Assembly (NCBI GenBank): GCA_963810095.1 | Contig: CAWEMM010000009.1 | Location: 96,001 to 160,000, forward strand | Source of the DNA: an uncultured Chloroflexia bacterium | Lineage (GTDB): Bacteria; Chloroflexota; Anaerolineae; CG2-30-64-16 | Length of the DNA: 64,000 nt | Direction of reading: 5' to 3' | In this document: in pieces, positions 1-10,897 of the stretch | How positions within the stretch are numbered: the first letter of the stretch is position 1 | Layout of the letters: each line of letters starts with the position of its first letter | Program-made: the position numbers and the translations under genes | Notes under the pieces: generated by a model | Seen by the model: only the letters and a program-made list of their open reading frames with translations | The model's database searches: none | Told to the model about the DNA's origin: nothing

Positions 1-1780
1 GGTCGAGTTCCTTGGCGGCAGTCGCAGCGCCCACGCCACCCGCAGCTTCCACGCAGCCAACACCGGCGAGGTCAGGCACGCGCTGGAGCACGGCCTTCAG
101 GCCGTCGGCGGCCTTCGTCGAATCGGACTGGTCGTCAATGATCTGCACCAGCTCGATGTCGGGGTAGTTCGCCGCAAATTCGTCCTTGTAGCCCTGGATG
201 CGCTCTTCGAGGTTGCTCTGGCCCACCTTCGTGATCAGTGCAACCTTGCCCTTGCCGCCGATTTGCTCGGCCAGCAGCTTCGCACCCACATGGCCCGCAT
301 TCTTGTTGCCCGTGCCCAGGAAGGTCAGGCGGTTGGAGCCGTAAACCTCGGCGTCCAGCGTGACGATCGGAATACCGGCCTCCGCAGCCTTGTCGATCGA
401 AGGCTTAAGGGCCGGGTCGAAACCGACGACCAGGATGCCCGCGGGCTTCTCGGCGATGGTTTGCTCGAGCGTGTTGATCATCGCGGTCATATCGTACTCG
501 GCAGGACCGACGAACTTCGTCTTGACGCCCAGCTCCTTGCCCGCGAACTCCAGGCCCAGGCGATGGTCGATGAAGTACGGCAGGTTGGTCAGCGCGAGGA
601 CTTCGACGTAGGTCTCATCCGGCGAGGCCGTCGTCATGGGGACCTGGCTGAAGTCGTACGGGTTCTCGGTGTGATAGAACATCTTGGCGTTGTCTTTGTT
701 GATCACCACAACGCCGGTGTCCACCGCCTCAGGCATCGGCAGCACGTTGGCGGCCTTGTTGTCAGAGACGATCGGGACAGGGTTGTTCTGGAGCCCGTCC
801 ATCAGGAGCGTGCCGTAGAAGGTCATCAGCGCGCTCTTCTGCGCGACGGATGCGTCGATGACGCCGTCCTCGATGAACTTCAGCGTGCCGTCGTCGCGGT
901 CCATGGACACGATCTTCAGCTTGCCGTTCAGGCCAAGTTCCTTCGCGGCCGTGGCAGCGCCTACGCCGCCCGCGGCTTCCACGCAGCCCACACCCGCCAG
1001 GTCCGGCTCGCGCTGGAGCACGGCCTTCAGGGCATCCGCGGCCTTGGTGGAATCGCTCTGGTCGTCGATGACCTGGACCAGCTCCACGTCCGGGTAATTC
1101 TGGGCCAGCTCATCCTTGTAGCCCTGGATGCGCTCTTCGAGGTTGCTCTGCCCCACCTTGGTGATGACCGCAACCTTGCCCTTGCCACCGATCAGGTCGG
1201 CTAGCAGCTTGCCGCCCACCCGGCCCGCGTTGTAGTTGCCGGTGCCCAGGAACGTCATGCGCTTGGACCCGTACACCTCCGCATCCAGCGTGACGACCGG
1301 GAAGCCGGCGTCGACCAGCTTGTCGATCGAGGGCTTGAGCGCGGGGTCGAAGCCAATGACGTTGATGCCGGCGGGATTTTCGGCCGCGGCCTGCTCCATC
1401 GTGTTGATCATGGCCGTCATGTCGTACTCGACGGGGCCGACAAACTTGGTCTTGGCGTTCAGGGTCTTGCCTGCGAACTCCAGGCCGACGCGGTGGTCGA
1501 TGAAGTACGGCAGGTTGGTGAGGGCCAGCGCCTCGACGTAGGTCTTCTCGCCCGCAGCCGGAGCGGCCTCGGGGGCGGCCGCAGCCGGTTCCTTGGTGGG
1601 CTCGGCAGCAGCCGGAACCGCAGTGGCCTCAGCCACCGGCGCCTTGGTCGGCTCAGCAGCCGCTGCGGGCGCCTTGGTAGGTTCGGGGGCCGCCGGGGCG
1701 GGGGTGGCCTGTCCGGCGCACCCTACGAGCGTGACCAGGATGGTCACGAGGCACAGAAGTGCCAACAGTCGCCGTTGCAT
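1..1780 (-). CDS. Sugar ABC transporter substrate-binding lipoprotein (RbsB-like) with two tandem binding domains; 3' end runs off window
   Basis: Absent from ORF track; translated by hand from ATG 1780 (RBS AGGAGGAG): MQRRLLALLCLVTILVTLVGC lipobox, AEPTKAP linker repeats, then TYVEALALTNLPYFIDHR...GFDPALKPSIDK repeated with 930-nt offset. Confidence 0.9.
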   Translation of the reverse strand, partial: MQRRLLALLCLVTILVTLVGCAGQATPAPAAPEPTKAPAAAAEPTKAPVAEATAVPAAAEPTKEPAAAAPEAAPAAGEKTYVEALALTNLPYFIDHRVGLEFAGKTLNAKTKFVGPVEYDMTAMINTMEQAAAENPAGINVIGFDPALKPSIDKLVDAGFPVVTLDAEVYGSKRMTFLGTGNYNAGRVGGKLLADLIGGKGKVAVITKVGQSNLEERIQGYKDELAQNYPDVELVQVIDDQSDSTKAADALKAVLQREPDLAGVGCVEAAGGVGAATAAKELGLNGKLKIVSMDRDDGTLKFIEDGVIDASVAQKSALMTFYGTLLMDGLQNNPVPIVSDNKAANVLPMPEAVDTGVVVINKDNAKMFYHTENPYDFSQVPMTTASPDETYVEVLALTNLPYFIDHRLGLEFAGKELGVKTKFVGPAEYDMTAMINTLEQTIAEKPAGILVVGFDPALKPSIDKAAEAGIPIVTLDAEVYGSNRLTFLGTGNKNAGHVGAKLLAEQIGGKGKVALITKVGQSNLEERIQGYKDEFAANYPDIELVQIIDDQSDSTKAADGLKAVLQRVPDLAGVGCVEAAGGVGAATAAKELD

Positions 1781-1851
1781 GTGAGACTCCTCCTAGTGTG
1801 TGGTTGGTTGGCTGGATAAGGGCGGGCTGCCCCGTCCCTTCAGGAAAAGCG

Positions 1852-2850
1852 CTACTTGCTGCTGCCGCGGCGCCGGTTCAGGGCGTCGACGGCAACGGTC
1901 AGGATCAGGACGCCGCCGGTAACGATCGTCTGCCAGTACGGATTAATGCCCAGCAGGTTCAGACCGTTGAGGATGAGCGCCATCAGGATGACGCCGAGCA
2001 GCGAGCCGATGACCGAACCTTCCCCGCCCGACAGGCTGGCGCCGCCGATGACACAGGCGGCAATGACCTGCAATTCGACCGCGTTGCCGGCCGAGACCGA
2101 CGCGGTGCCCATGCGGGCCGTCAGGAGCAGGCCGGTCAGGGCCGCCAGCAGGCCCATCAGGATGTAGTTGAGGATCTTGACGCGGTCGACGTTGATGCCC
2201 GAGAGCCGCGCACTTCGCTCGTTGCCGCCGATGAAGTAACTTTGGCGGAAGAAGCGCCAGCGGCGCAGCAGAATCTCGCCGACGATCACGATCACGATCA
2301 TGATGTAGATGGGGTACTGCAGCGTGAACAGCTTCCCCTGTGCGATCTTGTTGAACGCGTCCGGCAGGTTCGGGATACCGAGGCCGCCGGTCAGCAGGAA
2401 GACGACGCCGCGCGCCACCTGCTGAATGCCGAGCGTCGCGATCAGCGGGTTGACACCCACCTTGGCGATGATCAAGCCATTGACGAGGCCCACGGTCGCG
2501 CCCGCCCCCAGCCCGAGGAGGATTGCCATCGGAGGGGACGCGCCCCACTTCATCATCGCCGTGCCTGCGACCGCGCCGGCCAGGGCCAGCGTCGCGCCGA
2601 TGGACAGGTCGAAGCCACCCGAGATCAGCAGGACAGTCATGCCGACCGCCGCAATCGCGTTGAACGACATGCCCAGGAAGAGGGCGGTCATGTTCGCTTG
2701 GTTGAGGAAGTTGGGCGACGCAATCTTCAGGCCTGCCATTACCACCAGCACGACCAGAAAAATGCTCAGCTCACGTTGCTCGAGCAGGCGCCGCCATATG
2801 CTGGTCCGAGGCGCGGTCGTCGCGCCTTCCTTCCTTGCTGTCATGCTCAT
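1852..2850 (-). CDS. Sugar ABC transporter permease (RbsC family)
   Basis: GGFDLSIG, GGNERSARLSGINV, ELQVIAACVIGGASLSGGEGS; start MSMTARKEG at 2850. Confidence 0.92.
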   Translation of the reverse strand: MSMTARKEGATTAPRTSIWRRLLEQRELSIFLVVLVVMAGLKIASPNFLNQANMTALFLGMSFNAIAAVGMTVLLISGGFDLSIGATLALAGAVAGTAMMKWGASPPMAILLGLGAGATVGLVNGLIIAKVGVNPLIATLGIQQVARGVVFLLTGGLGIPNLPDAFNKIAQGKLFTLQYPIYIMIVIVIVGEILLRRWRFFRQSYFIGGNERSARLSGINVDRVKILNYILMGLLAALTGLLLTARMGTASVSAGNAVELQVIAACVIGGASLSGGEGSVIGSLLGVILMALILNGLNLLGINPYWQTIVTGGVLILTVAVDALNRRRGSSK

Positions 2851-4418
2851 GCTGTCTTCTCCTCCAAGGGCGCGACCGGTTCTGCCTGGTTGACTTGCTT
2901 GGGACCGGTGACGCCGGCGGCCAGGGCCATGACCTGTTCTTCTGTCGCACCGGGACCGGGGATAATGCCTACCAGCCTGCCTTCGCGCATCACTGCGATG
3001 CGATCGCTCACGCGTAGTGCTTCGGGAAGGTCCGATGAGATCACCATGACGGCCTTGCCCTGTGCAGCCAGCTCGCGCAACAGGCGGTGGATCTCTTGCT
3101 TCGTGCCTACGTCGATGCCGCGCGTCGGTTCGTCGACGATCAAAATCCTCGGGTTGCGGGCGAGCCATTCGCCAAGAAATACCTTCTGCTGGTTGCCGCC
3201 CGATAGGTTTCGCAGCTTCTGCTTTACACTGGGTGTGCGCACGTCGAGCTGCGCGACATACTGGCTCGTGAGCTTCGTCAGCATCGGCCACCGAAGCCAG
3301 CCGCCGGGCGAGACCTGTTCCAGGTTGGGCGCGAGGAAGTTTTCCGTGATGCTCTTGTCGAGGAACAGCCCTTCGTTCTTGCGGTCTTCAGACAGGTATG
3401 CCATGCCCGCCTTCATCGCGGCGCTGGGCCGGCGGACGTGCATATCGACCATCTCACCCTTACCGGCCAGCTTGACACTGCCCGTTGCGCCGCTATCCAG
3501 GCCGACGAGGGCCCGCGCGACTTCGGTTCGTCCGGCGCCGACCAGGCCAAAGAAGGTCAAGACCTCGCCTTGATGCAGCGTGAAGCTGATATCTTCAAAG
3601 GCGCCGGGCCGCGAGAAGTTTTCGACCCGCATCGCCTCGGCCCCCGCTTCGACCACGGCCGCCCGATCCGCGTCCAGGTCCAGCTCGCGCCCCACCATCA
3701 TGCTCACGATCTGGTGCTCCGTCAGTTTCGCCGTCGGCTGAACGCCGACGAGCTTGCCGTCGCGCAGCACTGCCGTGCGGTCCGATATGGCGAGGACTTC
3801 TTCGAGGTGGTGGGAAACATATACGATGGCAAGGCCCTGCTCGCGAAGCTGCTTCAGTCGTTCAAAGAGGCGGGCGGCTTCCTGCAAGGTCAGCGAAGAA
3901 GTGGGCTCGTCCAGCACCAGTACCTTTGCGTTGCGGGCCAGCGCCTTCACGATTTCGACCATCTGCTGGTTGCCCATCGAGAGCTTGCCCACCTGCATGT
4001 TCGGGCGGAAGTCTACGCCGAACAGATCGAGCAGCTGCTGGGTCTGGGCGTACATTGAGCGTTGGTCGATGAGCCCCAACGGCCCGAGCGGCTGGCTGTT
4101 AGCGTATACGTTCTCTGCAACGGTGAGGTTCGGCACAAGGCTGAGTTCCTGGAAGACCACGCTGATGCCGGCTTGCTCGGCTTCCTGCGTGCTGCCGAAA
4201 CTGACCGGCTGGTCGCCCAAGTAGAGCTGCCCTTCATCCGATTGGTAAGCGCCTGCGAGGATGTGAATGAGTGTGGATTTGCCCGCGCCGTTTTCGCCGA
4301 CCAGGGCCAGGATCTCGCCGGCCCGGGCATCCAGCGTGACGTTGGACAGCGCCTGGACGCCGGGGAAGGCCTTGGAGATACCTTCGACGCGTAGGAGAGA
4401 TGAAGTTGATGAATCCAT
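2847..4418 (-). CDS. Sugar ABC transporter ATP-binding protein (RbsA family, two NBDs)
   Basis: GENGAGKST, LSMGNQQ, LSGGNQQK, DEPT twice; likely start MDSSTSS at 4418. Confidence 0.93.
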   Translation of the reverse strand: MDSSTSSLLRVEGISKAFPGVQALSNVTLDARAGEILALVGENGAGKSTLIHILAGAYQSDEGQLYLGDQPVSFGSTQEAEQAGISVVFQELSLVPNLTVAENVYANSQPLGPLGLIDQRSMYAQTQQLLDLFGVDFRPNMQVGKLSMGNQQMVEIVKALARNAKVLVLDEPTSSLTLQEAARLFERLKQLREQGLAIVYVSHHLEEVLAISDRTAVLRDGKLVGVQPTAKLTEHQIVSMMVGRELDLDADRAAVVEAGAEAMRVENFSRPGAFEDISFTLHQGEVLTFFGLVGAGRTEVARALVGLDSGATGSVKLAGKGEMVDMHVRRPSAAMKAGMAYLSEDRKNEGLFLDKSITENFLAPNLEQVSPGGWLRWPMLTKLTSQYVAQLDVRTPSVKQKLRNLSGGNQQKVFLGEWLARNPRILIVDEPTRGIDVGTKQEIHRLLRELAAQGKAVMVISSDLPEALRVSDRIAVMREGRLVGIIPGPGATEEQVMALAAGVTGPKQVNQAEPVAPLEEKTA

Positions 4419-4467
4419 GCCTTCCGCCTTTATAACCGTCATCGGCGCGGAATCGGCCAATCCGGCG

Positions 4468-4860
4468 TTATTCGCCTGCCGGGTCGAACCCCGCGTCTCT
4501 GAGGGCAGCGACAAAGTCGTCGTAGTGCAGATCGGGTTTTTGCAGGTAAGCCGCGCAATCAGGCGCGAGGGCCGCGGCATCCGACCGGGTCAGCCACGAG
4601 CATGAGATCACGGGTACGCCCGCCGCGCCGTTCTGCGCCTTGAGCACTTGCGCAGCCTGCCAGCCGCGGTGCTCGCCGGGCAACTCGACGTCCAGGATGA
4701 TCAGATCGGGATGGCATTCGGCGGCCAGGGCCTCCAGTTCTTCGCCCACCTGTGCCCGCACGGCGGAGAGGCCGCACCCTTCGCAAAACCGCGTGAGGAG
4801 CCGGGCCAGAAAGGTGTCAGACTCGCCGATGAGGCAGATGGGCGGCGTGGACGGTGCCAT
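4468..4860 (-). CDS. Single-domain response regulator receiver protein
   Basis: PDLIILDVELPG, YLQKP motifs. Confidence 0.75.
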   Translation of the reverse strand: MAPSTPPICLIGESDTFLARLLTRFCEGCGLSAVRAQVGEELEALAAECHPDLIILDVELPGEHRGWQAAQVLKAQNGAAGVPVISCSWLTRSDAAALAPDCAAYLQKPDLHYDDFVAALRDAGFDPAGE

Positions 4861-4881
4861 ACTCCCATTTCACCACGCCGG

Positions 4882-7800
4882 TCACCCGCTGTCTCGCACC
4901 ATTGGAACCGCTCTCTCGGAGAATTGGAACCTGCGCTTCCGGTACTCGCTCGGTGAGAGCCCGGTCTCCTTCTGAAAGACCCGGCCGAAGTAGCTGCTGT
5001 CTGAGAAGCCGCAGGCCAGTGCGATTTCGGTCACGCTGAGCTGACCGCGCTCGAGGAGGGCTGCAGCCTGCTGGACGCGGTAGCGGTTGAGGTAGGCGAC
5101 CGGCGAGAGCCCGGTCTCCTGGCCGAAGCAGCGGGTGAGGTAGCGCTCGCTGACCGCCAGGCGGCCGGCCAGTTCCTCCCGCGAGATCGACTCGGCGTAG
5201 TGCTCGTGGATGTAGGCCATGGCCATGCGCGCGATCCGCTGCGCCTCACTGCCCAGGCGCTTGCCCCGCGGCCCAGCGCATCTGCAATCTGGCCGAGCAC
5301 CTCGTCCTGGGTGAACACGCCCTTGTTGAGCACGGCCGCGACGCCCTTCTGCAGCCTTTCCATCTCCTGCCGGCCGAGCACCTGCGCGGTGAGGACGATG
5401 ACCGGCACGTCGCGGAGTCCGGGCATGCCCCGCATGGCCTCGAGCACGCCGAATCCGTCGAGTTCGGGCATCATCAGGTCGAGGAGCACGAGGTCGGGCA
5501 CGGCCTGCTCCATCGCGGCCAGCGCGGCCCGGCCGTCGGCCGCAGTGGTCACGTGCGCAGCCGGCAGCGCGGCCGTGGCCATGCGCGCATGCAGGTGGCG
5601 CACAGCCGGATCGTCGTCGACGACGAGGATTTCGTGGCGGGCGCCGTCCGCGCGCGTCATGCCCTGCCGCGCCAGCGCCGCGGCCAGCAGTTCGCCGCCC
5701 AAAGGCTTGGCGACATAATCGAGGTTCAGCACGGCCCCGCAGTCGCCCTCACACAGCGAATAGAATAGCACCGGGATGTCGCTGGTGGCCGGGTTCAGCT
5801 TGAGCACATGGACGAGGTCCCAGGCGTTCTCGGCCGCCGCCCCGTAGTCCAGTACAATCGCACCCGGCGGGCTCGCCGCGACCCCGGCCAGCCAATCTCC
5901 GCCCGGCTCGGCCGGCAGCGCCACCACTTTGAAGCCCTTGGCGGCGAGGAACGCGTGCAACTGCTGCGAGCCGCCCGTGTCCTCGGCCAGGAGCAGGACG
6001 GCATCGCTCCGGTCGGGCAGTTGGGCCGGCGACGCGGCTTCCTGGGCCAGCACCGGGAGCGTGAAATAGAAGGTCGAGCCCGCGCCATCCGTCCCGGTCG
6101 ACAGCACGCCGATGCGGCCGCCATGCAGCTCGACCAGCCGCTTGCTGATCGCCAGCCCCAGCCCCATGCCGCCGAAGCCGCGGCGAGACACCCGGTCCGA
6201 CTGGCGGAATTCGTCGAAAATCAGCTCCTGCTCGCCCGCGGCGATGCCCATGCCCGTGTCGCTGACCGCGACCATGACTTCCTGGCGGCCGGTCTCCACC
6301 CAAAGCGAGACGCAGCCCTTGCTCGTGAACTTCACGGCGTTGCCGAGGAGGTTCAGCACGACCTGCTGCAGCCGCGTCCGGTCGCCCCACACCAGGGGCA
6401 GCCGCTCGCCGAAGTCAACCCGCCACGCCAGCCCGCGCTCGCGTGCCATCTGCTCGCCCAGCACGGCCACGGACCCGAGCACCTGCCCCAGTCGCACCGG
6501 CTCGCAGACCAGGCGGAGTTCGCCGGCCTGGCTGCGGGCGAGGTCGAGCACGTCGCTGATCAGGTGAGACAGGTGGCGGGCGCTCATGTGGATCGATTCG
6601 AGGTCGTGCTGGAAGGACTCGGGCAGCCCGGTTAGCGGCTCGCGCTGTACCATCTCGATCGTTCCTGCAATCAGGCTCAGCGGCGTGCGCAGCTCGTGGC
6701 TGACGGTGGACAGGAACTTGCTTTTGAGCAAGTTGGCTTCCTCGGCCCGCCGCCATGCTTCCCGCACCTCCTCACGCAGGAAAAGCCCTTCCAACGCCGC
6801 GCTGACTTGCTCGCGGAGCGTTTCGCCCAGGGCCAGCGCGCGGGCATCGGCCTGCAGGAGCATGTAGCCCAGCTGCTTTTCGCCGAAGCAGAGCGGCAGG
6901 ACGACCAGGTCGGGGGGCCGGCGGCCCGCGAGGCGCGGCGGCAGCAGATCCCGGCTGGCGAAGAGCGGCTCGGACGCAAGGTCGATCCGGCCGGCCGCAT
7001 CGAATGCCAGCACCAGTTGGCCCGCGCCGGTGGGCTGCTCCGCATCGTGGTAGAGCACCAGGTAGCATGCATCGACGCCGAAGGGCGGCAGTTCTGCGGC
7101 GATGAGGTCGTAGAGCGCTTGCCGGTTGGCTGCGCCCTGGATGTGTTGGCTGAAATCGCCCAGGCGATGTGTGTCTTCGTCAGCGTGGAAACGCTGGTAA
7201 CTCCGCGCCTGCGCCGCGGTCTCGCCGATCAGGACGCGCGCCTGCTGCCACAGGTCTTCGGCTACGGAGCGCGCGGGCTCGACCAGGCGGGGCAGCATCT
7301 GGCGCCGCATCAACGAAAGCGCTTCGTGCCATTGCCGCACGTCCCGGCTCCCATACTGGCCCAGGGCGGCGGCCTGAAGCGTGCCGTTGAGCCCCGCCAG
7401 GAACCGCTCGGCATCCCGGCCTGCCAGGACGGCCCGGAACTCGTCGACCAGGGCGGCCATCGCCGCTTCGGGAAGACCGGTCACGCCTGCCATGGCCGCG
7501 GGGAGGTTGAGTGTGCGGGCCGCCGCGGGCGCGGTGCCTCGGGCGGCGGCTGAGGTCACCGCGGGCGACAGGCAGCCGCACGAGCGGCGAATGACCAGGT
7601 CGAGCGGGAGCGTCGCGACCTCGGCCGGGGGCCGGCCCGAAAACAGGTCGAGCAGCGCGGCGACCGCGGCCCGCCCCATCTCGACGACGGGCTGGCTGAC
7701 CGTCGTCAGGGCAGGCAGGATCGCTCGGCCCTCTTCGTCGTCGTTGAAGCCGGTCACCGCGACGTCGTCGGGGATGCGGACCCCGCGTGCGCGCAGCGCC

Positions 7801-8477
7801 TCGATCGCGCCACAAGCCATGTCGTCACCCACCGAGAGCAGCGCGTCGAAGTCGATGCCCGCAACCAGCCCGCGCTCGTCGAGCAGTTCGGCAATCTTTT
7901 GGGGCCCGTCCAGCCGCACCCAGTTGGTGCGGGACGAGACGAGGGCCGGCTCGAACGGGATCGCGTTATCGGCGAGGACGTCGCAGTACGCGCGGAAGCG
8001 GAGCTCTTCTTCTTCGGCGCCCTCCGGCCCCCGCAGAAATGCGATCTTGCGCCGGCCGTGTTCGCGGAGGAGATGCTCGGCTGCCAGGCGCATCCCCTGG
8101 TAGTTGTCGACAAGGATGCCGGGGATACCCGAGAAGGCACGGCCGACGGTCACCACGGGCACGGAGGTGAAACGGCGGCAGAATGCCTCCATTTGCCCAG
8201 GCCGCAACTCCCAGTCGAGCGCGCTGGCCCAAATGATCAGGCCGTCCACGTTGCGCGGCCCGGCCAGGTCGTACAGCACGTTCGCCGGGCTCTCCCGCGA
8301 ACTCGTGGGCGCGAGCACGCCCCCGTCGAAACAGACAAAGTCTGCCCCGGCCGCCAGCACCGCAGCCCGCACGCTTAAGAGCGACGCGCGATGAAAGCCC
8401 CGGCCGAGTTGGGACTCGAACAGGCCGATGACGGGGCGTGATTTCGACGGTTGAGAGGCGGACACGAGGATACGCAA
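4882..8477 (-). CDS. Hybrid sensor: LacI-type sugar-binding domain + histidine kinase + receiver(s) + AraC HTH (frameshift near 5270)
   Basis: N-term PDDVAVTGFND/PALTTVSQP; SHELRTPL H-box; NLLGNAVKFT; GMGLGLAIS; PDLVLLDLMMP; ORF 4882..5226 carries AraC motif EIALACGFSDSSYFGRVFQKETGLSPSEYR in another frame. Confidence 0.85.
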
Positions 8478-8639
8478 CTCCGCATGGATCCGATGGTGCA
8501 GCCCGATGATACCTTATGTCACTAAAAGAAGGAAGCTGCGAGACCGGTGGCACCCCGGAGACCCGCCAGGTTGCCCCACTTCACCAGGGGCGCAACCTGA
8601 CAGGTCTGTCCGCAAGATGCGAGCGCGCTTGCAGCGGTC

Positions 8640-9818
8640 TCACCCAGGCAGCCGGCTCCGCAGGTAGTCGTACGCCGCCCGACGCCCCGACCGCAGATCA
8701 CGATTGATCGCGTCGTACTTCCCGCCCTTCAGGAGCCCGACGACGGGCGAAAACTGCGAACAGATGACGATGCCGCGGCGGTCGAGCGAAGCGAGCATCT
8801 CGTCGAAGTACGCGGCGTACTCGACCGGCGTGAAGTCGCACACGAACAGCACGACTTTGTCCTGCAGCTTCTGCTGCAGCTCGCAGACTGAGGGGATGTT
8901 GTACAGGTTGTAGATGTTCAGCGCCTTGAGCCCCTTGGTCGCGAGGAAGTTGTCGGCGTGGCGGGTGGCGTTGCCACAGTAGTGGATGCAGCCGCCGCCA
9001 AACGCTTCCAGGATGCGCGAGTTGTACGGTACGACGAACTCGCGATACGTCCGGGTAGACATGAGCACCGCGTCATCGTCGGAGAACCAGACGCCCGCGT
9101 GCTTTCCGGTGTAGACCTGCTGGTCGCCGATGCATTCCGTCAGCGGCTCGCCGGTGACCTCCTTCTGCTTCTTCACCCACATGATGAGCGTCTCGGTGAC
9201 TTTATCCATCAGCTCGTGCATGACGTTCGGGTGGTCGTACATCAGGTAGATGAGCTTGTCATAACCCATCAGCTGATTGGCGGTGGTCAGCGGGCCCTGG
9301 AAATCTGTGATTCCGACCGGGAGGAAGCTGTTGGCCTTCATGTACCCCAGAGTCTTCAGCACGTCGGGCATGAGGCCTGCGGTTTCCGGGTCGGGCATCT
9401 CGAGCCGGTGCACGTCCTCGACGGTCTGGACGGGGTAGTAACGGGGATTGGCGGCCGGGTCCATCTTGGGCTGGAACTCGATCTGGCAGCCCAGCGCCGA
9501 GGCGGCCACGACCGTGCCGAACCAGGGCATCAGGTAGGGCACGAAGTCGTCGTCGATTTCCTTGACCTGGTCGTAATACGTGCGCTCCTGGTAGGCCGTC
9601 ATGACCGCGGGGTCGGTCACGTAGTCGTCGGGCAGGGTCTCCGGATCGAGGCCGAAGATCCAGTACAACGCGCTGTTTACCATGAAGGGGGGCGCCTTGA
9701 CGTCGCGGAACGCGAAGACGTCGTCGGTTTTCGCGGCGACCTTGGCCAGCCGGCTATCGAACCGGCGGCGAAAGTCGGCACGCTCGGCTTGGGACAAGGG
9801 TTCAGTCGTCCACGCCAT
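8640..9818 (-). CDS. Uroporphyrinogen decarboxylase/cobalamin methyltransferase-family protein (divergent subtype)
   Basis: TDFQGPLTTANQLMG, SDDDAVLMS, IHYCGN; start MAWTTE at 9818 with GGAGG RBS. Confidence 0.75.
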   Translation of the reverse strand: MAWTTEPLSQAERADFRRRFDSRLAKVAAKTDDVFAFRDVKAPPFMVNSALYWIFGLDPETLPDDYVTDPAVMTAYQERTYYDQVKEIDDDFVPYLMPWFGTVVAASALGCQIEFQPKMDPAANPRYYPVQTVEDVHRLEMPDPETAGLMPDVLKTLGYMKANSFLPVGITDFQGPLTTANQLMGYDKLIYLMYDHPNVMHELMDKVTETLIMWVKKQKEVTGEPLTECIGDQQVYTGKHAGVWFSDDDAVLMSTRTYREFVVPYNSRILEAFGGGCIHYCGNATRHADNFLATKGLKALNIYNLYNIPSVCELQQKLQDKVVLFVCDFTPVEYAAYFDEMLASLDRRGIVICSQFSPVVGLLKGGKYDAINRDLRSGRRAAYDYLRSRLPG

Positions 9819-9837
9819 GAGGGACCTCCGGTTTGGG

Positions 9838-10867
9838 TCAGTATTGCCCGTACTTGCGCGCCGATTCGACGAGCGCGTGGATGTTTTCGGCAGGTGTTTC
9901 GGAAGGCAGCGCACAGCCCGGCCCGAGAATGAAGCCGCTGCCCGGCGCCATGATCGCAAGCGCCTCCCGACACGCGTCCTCGACCTCCGCCGGCGTCTCC
10001 GACGACCAGGGTCGACGTGTTGATCGGTCCCAGGAAGCAGGTTTGGCCCCTGCCGGCAGCCTTTGCTTTCACCAGGTCGGTCTTGTGGTCGATCTCCAGG
10101 ACCTGCGCGCCGGTCGCAATGAAGTCATTCAGGATGGGAACCGTGTTGCCGCAGATGTGGTTGTGCAGGATGATCCCGTGCGCCTTGAGCTCGGCGGCCA
10201 TCCGCTGCTCTTGGGGCTGTGCGTAGCGGCGGTAGTGCCTGGGCGACATCACGTCGGGCCCGGCGACCGGCTCGCCGATGGAGGTTGACCGGGCGCCGCT
10301 TTCGATCAGCGCATACGCATAGCGGGTCGCCACCTCGCGCGCATAATCGAGCAGGCAGTCGACGAGCTGCGCCTTTTCCCCCAGGGCGATCTCCAGCATC
10401 AGCGGCTCCATGCCGAAGAGCTGGCTGGCAAGGTCCATGGGCCCCTGGTCCGCCCGTCCGCAGATCCACACCTCGTCGCCGATCTCCTTCGCCAGGATGC
10501 GGGTCGCCTTGATGATCTCGCACATGGGGAAGGCCGTGTACGGATCGGGCACGGTGAGCGTGTCGACGTCCTCCAAGCGGGTGAGCACGGGGATATGCGC
10601 CGCGGGCGCGGCGTCGTCGCGATAGATCACCTGGACGCCGCATGCCTGTGCGCTGCACGCGGTGCCGTTTTCCAGCAGGATCATGTCGTGGCCGAACTCG
10701 CGCCACGCCCTAAGCATCGCCTCGGCGAGCAACTCGCCGTCCTGGAACACCTCGGCCATGGAGATGCCCATTGCCGCGGCCGCGGGCTGGAAGTTGTGCA
10801 GGTCGACCGGGACCCGGTCCGGCGTTCGCAGGTCAATGGCTGCTTGCACGCGCTCGATTGAGTTCAT
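9838..10867 (-). CDS. MtaA/CmuA-like corrinoid methyltransferase (UroD family), frameshift near 10010
   Basis: PDRVPV, HNHICGN, and in the shifted frame GFILGPGCALPSETPAENI; H-x-C...C Zn motif. Confidence 0.8.
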
Positions 10868-10897
10868 AAACCGTCTCCTCGTCGAGCCGTCTGCTCG

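Noticed and set aside
263-3573. Long plus-strand ORFs (263..1204, 1759..3573) and similar ones such as 34405..36243 and 49021..50904
   Set aside because: Antisense shadows of well-supported genes in high-GC DNA; no recognisable motifs
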